Shown here one piece after another: positions 50,373 to 64,000 of a stretch of 64,000 nt of DNA. Made by a program: the position numbers and the translations under genes. Source of the stretch: Octopus sinensis (taxonomy: Eukaryota); contig NC_042997.1 in the NCBI RefSeq assembly GCF_006345805.1, positions 212,598,001 to 212,662,000 of the forward strand. The letters are read 5' to 3'. Below the pieces are notes generated by a model that saw only the letters and a list, made by a program, of their open reading frames with translations, did no database searches and was not told the DNA's origin. Numbering within the stretch: position 1 is the first letter of the stretch; each line of letters opens with the position of its first letter.

Positions 50373-51234
50373 AGTATTCCTGTTGTATGTGTCTTTATTG
50401 GGGAGAGTAGAGTATGAGATTCTGTCTTACATGAAAAGATTCTATTATATCTATGGGAAGTCAGGAAGAGAGAGGAGTAAAATGAAAACAGTAAATAAAT
50501 GTTAGTGGAGGGTGGAGTATAAAAAGGAAATGGAAAAGGGTGAAAGAGGAAAAGATAAAGAAACCACAGAGTAAAAGAGATATCTTAAACAAAAGCATTC
50601 AGAGAGTGCAAACCTCCACCAAGGCAACACCAACGACCTCTCAACAATTAGCCAGAGATGGTTTTTAAAATGAGAATATCTGAAATAAACTCAATTGTTC
50701 TCACAAATGAGAATACTAAAAATGAATCCATTGAAGAAATTAAAGTAGAGGAGATGTAGGAAGATTAGCGAGAGATCTTCTGGAGTGGGATACTGTCATT
50801 TGTAGCTTAAGAACCTGCTGCAGAATTTATGTTTTTTATAATTGAGAATAACTTTGTTTGATTATGCAGCCACAGCATTGTTAAGACTTGTGAAGTGCAG
50901 GGAAAGCATTTGTTGTAAGAAATCTGTCATTTATATAAATGTATATGTATGTGTGTGAGTGTGTGTATGTATGCATGAGAATGTGTGTGAGTGTGTGTAT
51001 GTATGCATGAGAATGTGTGTGAGTGTGTTTATGTATGCATGAGAATGTTTGTGTCATTCATTTTCAATATTCTGTGAGAAAACATCCAGCCAAGGGGTAA
51101 AAATTAACCTTTCTTTGGAAAGAAGCAAGGGTTGGCATCAGTAAGGGCATCTGACTTGGAAAATCTGCTCCAGTAAAGTCTGTCCTGACCCAGACAAGTA
51201 GAGAAACGTGAATGCTAATATGAAGAAAATATAT

Positions 51235-51420
51235 CATCCTCATTTTTACGTCTGCTTTCCATGCTGGCATGGGTTGGAAGATTTTATAGGATCTGAGACA
51301 ACCTGGAGGACTGCATCATGTACCAATATCTGCTTTGGCATAGTTTTTACAGTGACACCTTTTCTAACACCAACCACGTCTCAGAGTATATTGGATCCTT
51401 TTCTTCATGGCACTAGCATT
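51235..51420 (-). mobile_element. diverged RTE LINE 3' end
   Basis: catcctcatttttacgtctgctttccatgctggcatgggttgg. Confidence 0.65.
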
Positions 51421-51714
51421 AATGAAGGTTGTTTAGTAACCTACAAGACCAAAATGACCCCTATAATAGAGAGAAAGTAAAAAAAAGAGGGAGTAAATAT
51501 TCTGCTTGATGTGATGAAGTGTGGGTTATGTAAAATGAGAGGAACCAATTCACAGTTGAGATTGGGTAGAGAGAGTAACAGAGAAAAGGAACAGACATTA
51601 GTTGGGGAGAGTATATGGCATAAAACAGGAGTTAGTGTCAGACTCTATTCAGAAAAATAGGGGTTAAAGTGAAAAAGGGGTAATGGTATCAGGGTTAGCC
51701 ATCATCAGGGGCAA

Positions 51715-52100
51715 TGACAAGCAACCAAGACCTTTGGAGATATGCTGTCCTTGAGAAGATCTGGGAAGCCAAGGGAGATCGTAGTCATGGCCAATGCTAG
51801 TGCCACACAACTGGTCCTTTTAAAAGCACCCTTAATTTGTTGGGCAATATGTCATGCTTGTGAAAACCTGTTGAACCGAGTGAAATCATATTTGTGGCCT
51901 GTGCCAGTGCCACTTGACTAGCACTCATGACACTGGCATGTAAAACCCACCCACTAAACCCTTGGAGTGGTTGGCATTAAGAAGGGCATCCAGCTGTAGA
52001 AACCTTGCCAAATGAAATTGGAGCCTGGTGTAGCCTCCCGGCTTGCTAGTCCTCAGTCAAACCATCCAACCCATGCCAGCATGGACAGCAGACGTTAAAC

Positions 52101-52140
<40 letters not shown>
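51715..52140 (+). mobile_element. RTE LINE 3' UTR fragment
   Basis: Collinear with 6938-7335; long GAT tail. Confidence 0.85.
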
Positions 52141-55100
52141 CACACATAAACAATGGGCTTCTGTCAGTTTCCACCTACCAAATTTACTTGCAAGGCTTTG
52201 GTCAACCCCTTGAGGCTATAGTAGGTGCCATGCAGTGGATTTGAACCTGGAGTCATGTGGTCCAGAAGCAAACTTCTTACCACAGCCATGACCCGCACCT
52301 GTGCAGGTGAGTAAATCTTTAACAATTGGTTGAAAAAACTCATTTTGGTTGTGGTTTACAACATTTATTTATGTCCTCCCAGCTAAACTGTGCCACCAAT
52401 ATGGCCAGTCCTACATTGTGACTCTCAGCACTGAAATATGTTGCTGCCATGTAGAAGAACATAAGTGTTTGTGACACAATGTAATCAATGTTCCATATGT
52501 GACCTCCACACCAGAGATCATCAGAAGCTATGAGGTTTAAGAAAATATCTCATATCTACTGTTTGTGAAGAATACAACAAGACAATTCTATGATTTTCCC
52601 ATCAAGTCGTTTCTTAGATCAAGATTTTGAGTATCGCAAGAGGAGAGAACGCCTATTTGATTGAACCTAGAAAATATTGGATGTTTTTAATGATCTGACG
52701 ACAGCATGTTTAAAGTAGTCGAGGTGTAGAGATAAATGTTTTATCTTATGTAAGGGATTTTATGACTAATCCGCTGTCATAACACACAGAGTTTATTGCT
52801 GTACATAAAGGTTATTGAGAACACTGCAAAGAAATAGTGATAACATACACTTTGATCAAATATAAAATCATACACAAACATACACACACATATATATGTA
52901 TATGTGTATATATATATAAATGCATGTGTACATACACATACATGTATTTGCACCCATACAAAAATTTACTGCATGGTTATGCACACATGCATGCACGCAC
53001 ACACACATACACACACATGCATATTTTTACAGCAGACACACACACACACATACAGAGGCGTGTGAAGAATACCAACACAACTATTTACACTGGTACTTTG
53101 CACTTCATATACACATGTACGTAGACTTCAAAAAACAAAAAAAAAGGTGTTATTTATAGATTTTTTTGATATAAAGCCAAAATAGCTGTGTATTTCAATG
53201 GAATGTAAATCAGTACAATGGTCAGAAAGAGAAAGAGAAAACAACAAAAAAACCCATAAAGGCAAACAACAACAACAACAACAACGACAATAAATGGTAA
53301 AGAAAAGAACAAAAGAGCAAAAAGTTGAGGCAAGTCTGATGAAGCAGTGGTGAGCAACAAAGATAAATGCAATTCCAATAAATTGGCCGGCAGAGAAGAA
53401 TGTTTTTTGCTTTTGTTTTGCTTTAATGATGAGATAAAACAGTGAAGGTTTCCTGTGAAAAGACTATTGAATGTAAACTGGGTAAATAAACTAATTCTGG
53501 TTGTGTTTGGAACCATGGTAACTCAGTAAGTGTTCATTAGTGATAGTTGGAGGGCTATCAAACTGCTACATCAATAATCACATTCATTACTGACAAAATT
53601 CACAGGGTGCAGGAAAAAATAACAGATTCACCACTCTTGATAAATTGTTCAACATAAAATGCATGATGTGTACCAGTCCAAACCATGATGGTAACTGGCA
53701 AAAAAAGGAAATGATAAAGCATTAGCTACATGAAGACACTGTCACCACCTACCTAACTTCACTAAAATATAACCAAGATTCCACCACACTATTTAATTCT
53801 AGATCTGAAACTTTTAACAAATGCAAGCATATGGCCAAATGTCTTTTTCCAAACTGGAAGACTTCACTCTCTCTGAATTGAGTAGCTATCTCACAGGCTT
53901 AAGCTTCCTCTCTGTTATATCATTTTATTCTACAATGGATAATTATGGTTTCTACAAAGGGAATGGATATCTTGGATTTCTTACTTTTCCTTTCCTTCTT
54001 CTCATTCTACTTTTTGCACCATCCTTCTTTGCATTTTACTTCCATTTTCTTTCTCATGTTCCCTCATAGGCCAGCACCCTGGTTTTTAAATATGCTCATT
54101 GGTATGCACTGAACCCGAAAGATTGCTAGGAGATGCATGGTATGCTGTATGAATCTGCTGAAATACTGTGTATCTACAGTATGGAAATAGTAGCATTTAA
54201 AAAAATTGTATGACATCTCCCTCTCTATTATTGATCCTCTCTCAGCACCTCCACCTTCTTCAAACCCATGGACTCCCACCCCTCACACACCAAATAACCC
54301 ATCTCCCCACTCCCAATTCCTCCATCTCTGACGTCTGTGTGCCTGTAACTAGGATTCTGAGACTCAGTCTCAATACCTGGCCCTCTTGTTTACACATTGT
54401 GAGTACCCTTCCACCCTTGTCCAGGCTACCCTTACCCATGCCCACCCAGTCGATTGCATCACAACCCTCTCTCCTTCCCCACACCAGTCTCCCAACTGCA
54501 TCTCTTTCTCCTATTTTTCTACCCCTCCACTACCTCTTCGTTGGAAGATGTCATGGGCCTTCTGTCATCTCCAATTAGATCCCACCACCCTCCCTGTTTT
54601 TTCCAACCCACCTTTGCCCCCCCTTCAAATGCACTTACAACCTACAAATTAGCCACTCATATTATTTATAATTTTCACTTTTACCATTTATGGAATCAGC
54701 GTAGGACTTCAACAGAAATCTTATAAGCTGACAAGGCAAGTTCCTTAAGATAATGCTTCTATAGCTATTGAGTTGTTTTGACTCTTATTTCTTGCAATAC
54801 TGGGGCTTTGTTCACTTTAGTGACATATATATTTCTCCCTTTAGGTTGTAAATATTGCGAATTAGCCACCAATATTATTTATAAATGTGTGTGTGTGTGT
54901 GTGTGTGTGAGAAGAGTGATGAATCTCAGACTTTTTTTTGCCACCTGTACAACAGTTCTTTTTGTTTCTATTTAATTCCCAGGAAACAATTCTTGTTTCC
55001 ATTTTTTAACATCTTCATCAACATATATTCAAGATGAAGAAAAGCCAGTTGACATTCTCTACATTTTACAAGAGTGAGAAATATTCAGATCTTTACAGTT

Positions 55101-55189
55101 TGGTAGGAATGAAAATAAAATCTGTAAATGTCATTTAGCGATTTCTTTCTACGTATTACAAAGGTGTTTCACATTTTCCAATGTAGATA

Positions 55190-56050
55190 TACATAACATA
55201 CATACATATATATACATAACATATATACATGCATACATACATATATACATAACATACATACATACATCATCATCATCATCATCATCATCATCATTGTTTA
55301 ATGTCCCCTTTCCATGCTAGCATGGGTTGGACGATTTGACTGAGGGCCGGAGAACCAGATGGCTGCACCAGGCTCCAATCTTGATCTGGCAGAGTTTCTA
55401 CAGCTGGATGTCCTTCCTAACGCCAACCACTCCGAGAGTGTAGTGGGTGCTTTTATGTGCCAGTCAGGCAGTAATGGCAATGACCTCGCTCGAATCTTTT
55501 TACACATGCCACCAGCACAGGTGCCAGTAAGGCGACGTTGGTAACGATCATACATACATACATACATACATACATACATAACATACATACATACATGCAT
55601 ACATACATACATACATACATACATAACATACATACATACATAACATACATACATGCATGCATACATCATACATACATACATACATACATACATAACATAC
55701 ATACATACATGCATACATACATACATACATAACATACATACATACATACATACATACATACATACATACATACATGCATACATACATACATACATACATA
55801 TATACATAACAAACATACATACATACATACATACACACATACATAACATACATACATACATACATACATACATAATACATACATACATAACATACATAAA
55901 TACATACATAACATACTTACATACATACATACATACATGCATGCATGCATACATACATATATATATATATAATGTAAATATATATGCACACATATATACA
56001 TATATACACTTATATACATATACATACATAATTATGCATGTATATATATG
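55190..56050. repeat. (ACAT)n microsatellite array interrupted by an RTE 3' fragment
   Basis: Read directly from the sequence. It explains the MYVC/HTYI ORFs. Confidence 0.95.
55265..55548 (-). mobile_element. RTE LINE 3' UTR fragment
   Basis: Family 3' UTR and tail. Confidence 0.85.
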
Positions 56051-56083
56051 TGTGTGTGTGTGTGTGTATGTATATGTATAAAT

Positions 56084-56240
56084 GATGTGGCTGTGTGGTA
56101 AGAAGCTTGCTACTCTACCACATGGTTCCAGGTTCAGTCCCACTATGTGGCACCTTGAGCAAGTGTCTTCTACTATAGGCTTGGGTCAACCAAAGCCTTG
56201 TGAATGGATTTGGTAGACAGAAACTGAAAGAAGCCCGTCA
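56084..56240 (+). mobile_element. SINE family A head only
   Basis: tggctgtgtggtaag...ggttcagtcccact...ggaaac-type 3' part of the head. Confidence 0.8.
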
Positions 56241-56261
56241 CATAAATATATATATATATAT

Positions 56262-56480
56262 CATTATCATCATCATCATTTAACATCCGCTTTCCATGCT
56301 GGCATGGGTTGCATGGTTTGATTGAGGACAGGTGAGCCAGAGGCTCAATATGGTCTGGCAAAGTTTCTACAGCTGGATGCCCTTCCTAATGAGAACCACT
56401 CTGAGAGTGTAGTGGGTGCTTTTTACATATCATTGGCATGAGGGCCAGTCTGGCAGTTCTGGCACAACCATGCTCATGCT
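56262..56480 (-). mobile_element. RTE LINE 3' UTR fragment
   Basis: Family 3' end and tail. Confidence 0.8.
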
Positions 56481-56526
56481 CAATATATATATATATATAC
56501 ACATATATATATATATTAACCTGAGT

Positions 56527-56599
<73 letters not shown>

Positions 56600-56919
56600 A
56601 TATATATATATTAACCTGAGTTATATATATATATATATATATTGAAGTAATAAAGTTAATGTCTGATCATTGAATGACCAATGGATTCACATTCACGAAG
56701 GCTGTAGCATTGCAGATGACCCATCAGACTCTAGTCCAAAGACAAATTTAACTCTTTGCCTCTCAGAAGAGGTAAGTTGTTAAGGTCAATGGTGAAAAGG
56801 TCATTTGAGAATAAATGGTCTGGGATAGTGAGGGCGGGTTAGCTCTCGTAGACCAGGTATTTGGAGATGGGGAATAAGGGCTCTGTCCCTTGGCTTGTTA
56901 ATGGATCATAAAGACTCTT

Positions 56920-57900
56920 CTAGGCTTTAGTCAGTGAATGGGGAATGACATGTTTGCAGTAGGTTGCATTTGAAATGGATGCATGCTGTGAAGATTTCAC
57001 AGCAAGCGTTCAGTGACCCAGGTCTCAAGGAGTCTTTAAGTATTCTAGCTTGCTCAGCTATGCAGAGCTTGCAGTGTTTGCTCCCTTTGATGTAGGGGCC
57101 TGGCTGTTCTAAGATCATCCACTTGATATTGCATGTCAAGTTTTACTCGTCAATATCAAAAGGGTTGCTGATGAAACACTTTCCTTTGCTAAGGACTTCA
57201 CAGATATTAGCAATAGAGATATAGATGTTATCATGCATGCCAGGAAGACAATAAAGATTTGTTGTAGGTCAAGCAATCTGACCCCGAGGGTTATTATGAT
57301 GTGACTATGGGAGCCTGTGACAGTGCTGACATAGGTGATCTAATTGGACTTTACACCCTGGACACCTTAGGGAAGGAATTCCATTTGGTCCTCTTCAGTC
57401 TCTACAGAGATGATGCTCTAGCTGTCTGTAGAGGAGTCAATGGGAATACACTTAATAGGCTTAGAAAGGAACTGATTAGCACCCTAGGCTCTGTGGGACT
57501 CAAAAGTACTATCAAGATGAATCTCACCACTGTAAACTTCCTAGATGTCACTCTTGACTTGTTACACATAGGCCCTACTGCAAGCCAAGTGAGAAGCTGT
57601 CCTATATCAGCACAGCTTCCTGCCACCCCCTTATCATGGTCAAGAACCTAGTGAAGGGCTGTTGAATCTATCCTCTTGTTAAGATATCTTAGGTGCCACC
57701 ACCCCCTACTCCAATGATCTCCTACATGCCAGGCCCTCGCACCCACAAAAGGAAGCACCACCAAAGCATGGCTTGGTTTTCCTCACCCTGCTCACTCAAC
57801 ATCAAGACTTGTGTGGGAAGGATATTCCTCAGGTTAATAGACAAACACTTCATGCAGACGCACAGATACATTTATTCAACAGGTACAACCTAAGATCATG
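56920..57900. mobile_element. Penelope-like element remnant with an internal inversion
   Basis: Plus strand 57145-57900 carries RT (FYSSIS...HARKT...DVTMGACDSADIGDLIGLY...LYRDDALAV...VNFLDVTLDL). Minus strand 57139-56927 carries the GIY-YIG C-terminus (IKWMILEQPGPY...CKLCIAEQ...CIH). Confidence 0.85.
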
Positions 57901-58904
57901 TTGTGTAGCCAGCTGGAGACGATGTCTCCTGGGGCTAATTTACAGCAACATTCGTCCTAAACCAGGACTGCCATGTTATGTTGGCAAACAGTCCTTTCTC
58001 CAGGAATAAGTTTGTTGTAGCAGAGGAGTACACTGCCACCCTGCATTATATAAGGGTGGGTAGGAATAATTGGGATGGAACTGGATAGAGATAAAGATGA
58101 AGGTGATATGGTGGCCGAGTATACCGTCAAGGTACAAGAAGAGAATGCAGAAGCAGAAATCAAGAAGGCCCTGATGGGTTAAGTTTTGGTAATGTGTTGG
58201 AGGAGTGAGAAATGGTTAGAGACAGGGGTGGAGTGGGGGTGAATAATGTAGTGAATGATGAACGGGGGGGGAGGGTCGGGGGGGATGGTTGATGGTGAAT
58301 ACGAGTTGGAAGAAGAGGATAAGAGTAAAGGGAGAATGTCAATAGAAAAGTTTCAGGGAGAAGGGGGTGATGGCTGGTAGCAGAGAAAGGGTGAAGGGCA
58401 CCATGGTAATAATGTAACTATAGGATGAGAGTAAGGATGAGAGATAAAGAGACGGTAAGAGGAGGAGAGTTGCATGAGTGAGAGGGGGATGGAGAGAGGA
58501 GAGAGAGGGGGATGGAGAGAGGAGAGAGAGGAAGAGAGAGTTTTATAGAGATGATGCCAATAGCCAGAGGAAAAGAAAAGTGGACCGTGGTGGTGGTGGG
58601 GGGGGCAGGGGAGGCAGATATGGGGGGGGGCAGTGTTAAGAGTGGTTCATAGGTTTCAATAGGATATAACACACACACACACACACATACACACACATAT
58701 ACACACGCACACACATGGACGCACGCACACACAGGCACATACACAGGCACACACACACACACACACGTGCGTAGGTAGATTGCTAGAATAAAAAGCCGGA
58801 ACTCATAAATTTCTCATAAACAGTTCATAATTTAATTTTGCTCAGCAACTGTTTTATTTAATTACTGTGGAGATATATTTTTTGATGTCTATTACATCAG
58901 TTCA

Positions 58905-59260
58905 CTCTCTCTCTCCCCCTCTCTCCCTCCCTCCCTCCCTCCCTCTCTCTCTCCCTCACTCCCTCTCTCTCTCCACCTCTATCTCCCCCTCACTGACTCC
59001 CTCTCTCTCTCTCTCCCTCACTCCCTCTCTCTCTCCCTCATTCCCTCTCTCTCTCCCCCCCTCTCTCTCTCTCTCGCTCACTCCCTCTCTCTCTCTCTCC
59101 CTCACTCCCTCTCTCTCTCCCTCACTGACTCCCTCTCTCTCTCCCTCACTCCCTCTCTCTCTCTCCCCCTCTCTCTCTCCCTCGCTCACTCCCTTTCTCT
59201 CTCCCTCACTCCCTCTCTCTCTCTCCCTCACTCCCTCTCTCTCTCCCCCTCTCTCTCACT
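58905..59260. repeat. pyrimidine-rich compound repeat (ctccctcactccctctctct)n
   Basis: Read directly from the sequence. Confidence 0.92.
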
Positions 59261-59785
59261 AATACACACACACACACACACATGTGTCTATCCTGAATTA
59301 TCGTCTGAAATGCTTTACAACGGTGCTTTCTGCAGGAAGATATGTCAGAAGACCATTGTCTGTGTTGCTCTCTCTGTTGTCGGTTCGTTTGCAACTTGCT
59401 GTGAACGGAAGTTGTTAGCAACATGTCGTGTTAGCAACTAGAAATGTTCTTTTGTTTGGTTTACCAAGCCAATCCCGTTGGCCGATGTCCAAGACTTCTA
59501 CAAGTAAACCTGACCGTCAATCAAACTTGTTCGTCTTTGTGGAAGTGTTTGAGTTGAGATACCCCAGTAGATCCATGTCAAAGTGACCTGTAGGGGGCTC
59601 TGGGACTGGAGACCAACTGCAAGCTTTTGAGGTTCTTTTCTATAATGAAAGTCAATGCCAGTATCTTTCGGGTTATAAACAGCAATGCCATTCTGTAAGA
59701 TTCTAACCTCTTCAGAGGTATATATAGAATATCTTGAAACCATGATAGAGACAGTTCCTTTAGGAATTATTGAGTCTACTAAAGT

Positions 59786-60270
59786 TCCTATGACATCATC
59801 ATCATCATCATCATCATCATCGTTTAAGGTCCGCTTTCCATGCTAGCATGGGTTGGACGATTTAACTGAGGTCTGGCAAACCAGACTCCAATCTGATCTG
59901 GCAGTGTTTCTACAGCTGGATGCCCTTCCTAACGCCAACCACTCCCAGAGTGTAGTGGGTGCTTTTTACGTGCCACTGGCATGAGGGCCAGTTTGGTGGT
60001 ACTGGCAACGACCACGCCCAAATGGTGCTTTTTATGTGCCACCTGCACAGGAGCCAGTCCAGTGGCACTGGCGACGTCCTCGCTCGAATGTTTTACGTGC
60101 CACCAGCACAAGTGCTAGTTAGGCGACGCGGTAACGATCACACTCGAATGTTTCACGTGCCACCAGCACAAGTGCTAGTTAGGCGACGCGGTAACGATCA
60201 CACTCGAATGGTGTGTTTAACGTGCCATTGGCATGAAGGTCAGCTTGTTGCTCTGGCAATGATCTCACTC
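59786..60270 (-). mobile_element. RTE LINE 3' UTR with a local 60-bp tandem duplication
   Basis: Family 3' end; cgaatg anchors at 60085, 60145 and 60205. Confidence 0.88.
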
Positions 60271-60939
60271 GTATAGTACACTTAGCACTCCACTAGCAAC
60301 GGATGCCAGTCACCAAGTTTGATTTTGACTATTATTCCACAATTATTCCACAATTATTTACAAAGGTTTCTTGCGTATATTGGATCTAAAATCATGTATG
60401 TTGATTTCTAAGATTTCTACATCCTTGTCATGTGGTCAGTGAGTGTATAGATGTGTTTTAGTTTGGGGGTGTTTTAGTTAAATCTATCACTACTGAGGGA
60501 AAAATACCCCAGGAGGGGAGGGTGTTTTCTCTTTAGTGAATATAATAAATATAGAACCTCACAATTGTTCTATAATGAGGTGATGAATAGAAATCATCCT
60601 TATTATTAATGGAGAAAAACTCTTTTCTAGGCAATCGTTAAAATCTAAAAGACAACAAACAAGGAACTGCAATAATACCAACCAGTCTACATGTTTAGAA
60701 AATAAAGACAATGCAGAAGGAATTGGATATTGTTATTAACATTGAAGGGTGAATGTGATAGATATGTTTAACTCTTATCAGACCTCTTCAGTGAGACATA
60801 CTCTACTCAGGTAAGACTTATTTTAGAGAAACCAGCGGAATTTGGTGAATCTAAAGTGGCAGCTAATGAGAAGCTGTACGCATTGACCAATAGAAGTTCT
60901 AGATTTTTCTATGGATTTATGCGAGAGATGTAGTTGTGA

Positions 60940-61277
60940 TACCTGTGCCAGTGGCACGTAAAAAGCACCATCTGAACGTGGCTGATGCCAGCGCCACCTT
61001 GACTAGCTTCCGTGCTGGTGGCATGTAAAAAGCACCAACTGATCATGGCCGTTGCCAGCCTTGCCTGGCACCTGTGCCGGTGGCACATAAAAAGCACATA
61101 AAAAGCACCCACTACACTTTCAGAGTGGTTGGCGTTAAGAAGGGCATCCAGCTGTAGAAACACTGCCAGATCAAGATTGGTACCTGGTGCAGCCTCCTGG
61201 CTTCTCAGACCCCGGTCGAACTGTCCAACCCATGCTAGCACAGAAAACGGACGTTAAACGACGATGATGATGATGAA
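60940..61277 (+). mobile_element. RTE LINE 3' UTR fragment
   Basis: Family 3' UTR with three repeat units and tail. Confidence 0.88.
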
Positions 61278-61512
61278 ATAACAGAGATTTCTTTAATTTT
61301 GTTTTTAATCATCTTTCTGTTTCTCATTCCTGTTATAAGAGAGTGGAGCAAGGTGTGCACTGACTTTGTTTTCTATGTTAAATATTTCCTAGTGTTGCCA
61401 AGAATCAGCCCCCAAACATTCATCAAAGCAGATATTTCCCTTTCTGCCCACTTTGATACAAGTTTCAGGGCCATAATTAACCATGCAGGGCAGATAATAG
61501 GAACAACAATAT

Positions 61513-61931
61513 ACTCTTTTTACGCTTTTACTCTTTTACTTGTTTCAGTCATTTGACTGCGGCCATGCTGGAGCACCGCCTTTAGTCGAGCAAATCGACC
61601 CCGGGACTTATTCTTTGTAAGCCTAGTACTCATTCTATCGGTCTCTTTTGCCGAACCGCTAAGTGACGGGGACGTAATCATACCAGCATCGGTTGTCAAG
61701 CAATGCTAGGGGGACAAACACAGACACACAAACATATACACACACACTTATATATATGTACATATATACGACGAGCTTCTTTCAGTTTCCGTCTACCAAA
61801 TCCACTCACAAGGCATTGGTCGGCCCGGGGCTATAGTAGAAGATACTTGCCCAAGATGCTACGCAGTGGGACTGAACCCGGAACCATGTGGTTGGTTAGC
61901 AAGCTACTTACCACACAGCCACTCCTGCGCC
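61513..61931 (-). mobile_element. SINE family A
   Basis: Full-length copy. Confidence 0.92.
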
Positions 61932-63233
61932 TATATGGGAGTGTTTAATTAGTGAGTTAATTAATTTTACTTCATTTTCCTTTTATTTTGTGTTTTACTT
62001 TGATGACTGACGGTTTTTATGATTTCATTAGTCATAATATTCGGTCACAAGCAGCGACAAAGATCAAAGAGGGTCGATTAACAGGTAGAGAATAATTAAT
62101 AATATATAAAAATAGGAATATGACTATAAGTAGGGGATAATGGATGTGTGTGTGTGTGTGTGTGTGTGCGTGCATAAGACATATGCGAAGAGAGAGTTTG
62201 ATATTTACTCACTGATTCTGGTTACAGTAGAAATTTGCTGCACCAATATTGGAACGAAGAAGACAGAGCATCCATCCAGCTGTTCTAAGAACTCAACTGC
62301 TTATATGCATTCAGCTGCTATTTCTAGCAGGTCGAGCGATCACATAGAACTTGCCTTGCTAGCTTCATGAGTTACTTAGTGATGTCATCTGGGTTCACAT
62401 CTTGCCATTGACTTTGCTTTAGAGAAATATTAAATTATTGACAACTTGGTCATTGGATAGTTTTTGGTCCAACATTTCAATCAATAAAGCAGGTATTTAA
62501 AGGGAAAAAATTTGACAAGTCAGTCAGTCGCCCGCTGTGACACTCGTTGACGCTACATCGAAGAGGCCAGGGAACAGAAGAAAGAAGACATGCACCCAAC
62601 ACCAGAGCTGAAGACACCTCCGAAAGGTGGGGCTCTGCCATGTCAAAACAGTAGAGGAGTAGGGACCGAAACCAGACGTGGTTCCTCTTGATGATGTCTT
62701 GAGCTAACTGTATCCTATAAAGGAGCTGTTGTGGTAGCAGACCACAAAACATGGTTGTAATTCCTCCTCTTCAACGTTCCCCTTCGTTTGGCTCCTTGTC
62801 TCAATTTCTGAGAATGTTGGTTTTAAGTAATGAAAGCCCACCACTGGCCACAGAATATTTCAACTTCTGCAACTTCAGCATTAATATCTCTTCACTGTGG
62901 TGTCATTCATTTTGATTTAGACGAGTCAGTCACCTTTGCAGTTTTTTTGTAATACAAAGTGGCTTTTTGCCAGAAAATTTCCTTTTTTTCTTTCATTCTG
63001 TTGTATTGTTTTCTGAGAAATCAATGAGTTTTGTTGAAATACTACCACAAACAACAGACTAGCACTGTTAACAATGGAAATACATTGACTAGATTTTTGC
63101 TAAAATCTATAGAACCGCAGTAATGTAGTTGTATGTCCATGTTCAGTATGGCTAATTGAGAAACCTGGCAAAGAAATATTACCAAAACCCAGTTGTAATA
63201 TATTTTGTTCTCATACTGTGTCACTCTGAGAAT

Positions 63234-63514
63234 GGTGGAGGCACATGGCCTAGTGGTTAGAGCAGCGGACTCGCGGTCGAGGGATCGTGAGTTCGAATCT
63301 CAAACCCAGCGATGTGTGTGTTTATGAGCAAAACACCTAAGCTCCACGAAACTTCTGCTGACTCTTTCACCACAATTTTCTCTCACTCTTTCCTCCTGCA
63401 TCTTGCAGCTCACATGTGACAGACTGGCATCCCGTACAGGTGGGGAACCTATATGCCAATGAAACTGGAAAACTGGCCCTTGTGAGTCAGGCATGGCTCG
63501 AGAAGGAACAAACA
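63234..63514 (+). mobile_element. SINE family B head with tail type 3
   Basis: Family B head; tail gcagctcacatgtgacagactggcatcccgtacagg...ggctcgagaaggaacaaacaac; TSD actctgagaat at 63223-63233 and 63515-63525. Confidence 0.88.
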
Positions 63515-63629
63515 ACTCTGAGAATCCCAAAACCTTCTTTCGTTATTAGTCTATTTCTTTTGAAGGGCTCTCACCCATATAATCATTGAGAAGACAAATT
63601 AGAATTAAGACTAAGTATATCAACATCAA

Positions 63630-63997
63630 AAATCAATGGAAATTGTAGTTGTGGTCCCTGTGCCAGAGGCACGTAAAAAGCACCATCCGAACATGGCCGA
63701 TGCCAGTGCCACCTTGACTGGATTCTGTGCCGGTGGCATGTAAAAAGCACCACCTGATTGCGGCTGCTTCCAGCCTCCCCTGGCACCTGTGCCAGTGGCA
63801 TGTATAAAGCACCCACTACACTCACGGAGTGGTTGGCATTAGGAAGGGCATCCAGCTGAAGAAACACTGCCAGATCAGACTGGAGCCTGGTGCAGCCACC
63901 TGGCTTCCCAGACTCTGGTTGAACTGTCCAACCCATGCTAGCATGGAGAACGGACGTTAAAGGATGATGATGATGATGATGATGATGGTGATGATGG
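63630..63997 (+). mobile_element. RTE LINE 3' UTR fragment
   Basis: Family 3' UTR and (GAT)n tail. Confidence 0.88.
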
Positions 63998-64000
63998 CTA

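Noticed and set aside
55298-56143. 281-aa ORF
   Set aside because: It is an (ACAT)n array plus RTE and SINE pieces.
60755-60800. Minus-strand CUGAAGAG followed by UAAACAUAUC, a possible seventh hammerhead
   Set aside because: G12 is lost, stem II is mismatched and stem I does not pair. At best it is a heavily decayed relic.

Overview
This is eukaryotic, AT-rich DNA dominated by repeats. The SINE and LINE families and the dense (TA)n/(CAT)n/(CA)n microsatellites look like those I recall from Octopus (coleoid cephalopod) genomes; that taxon call is from memory, not from a search. No host protein-coding exon could be assigned with confidence, so the window is probably intronic or intergenic, and most ORFs in the track are microsatellite or transposon artefacts. 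Contents: about 25 pieces of one RTE LINE family, tRNA-derived SINEs of three head types, a full-length but dead mariner, a full-length but dead DD34E Tc1, a CR1-like LINE 3' end, two sister non-autonomous Helitrons, and several Penelope-like element (PLE) remnants (RT, GIY-YIG and pseudo-LTR pieces). The most interesting signal is six separate minimal type-I hammerhead ribozyme motifs found by eye: 10978 (+), 11705 (-, decayed), 31636 (-), 38927 (+), 44402 (-) and 44942 (+). Each has a self-complementary stem III with a different sequence, and two swap the C3-G8 core pair for U3-A8 and G3-C8. Other highlights are a stem-loop shared with compensatory changes between the CR1-like LINE tail and SINE family A, a Helitron carrying a piece of a PLE pseudo-LTR, and one SINE head joined to three different tails. 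Coordinates of degenerate fragments are approximate.
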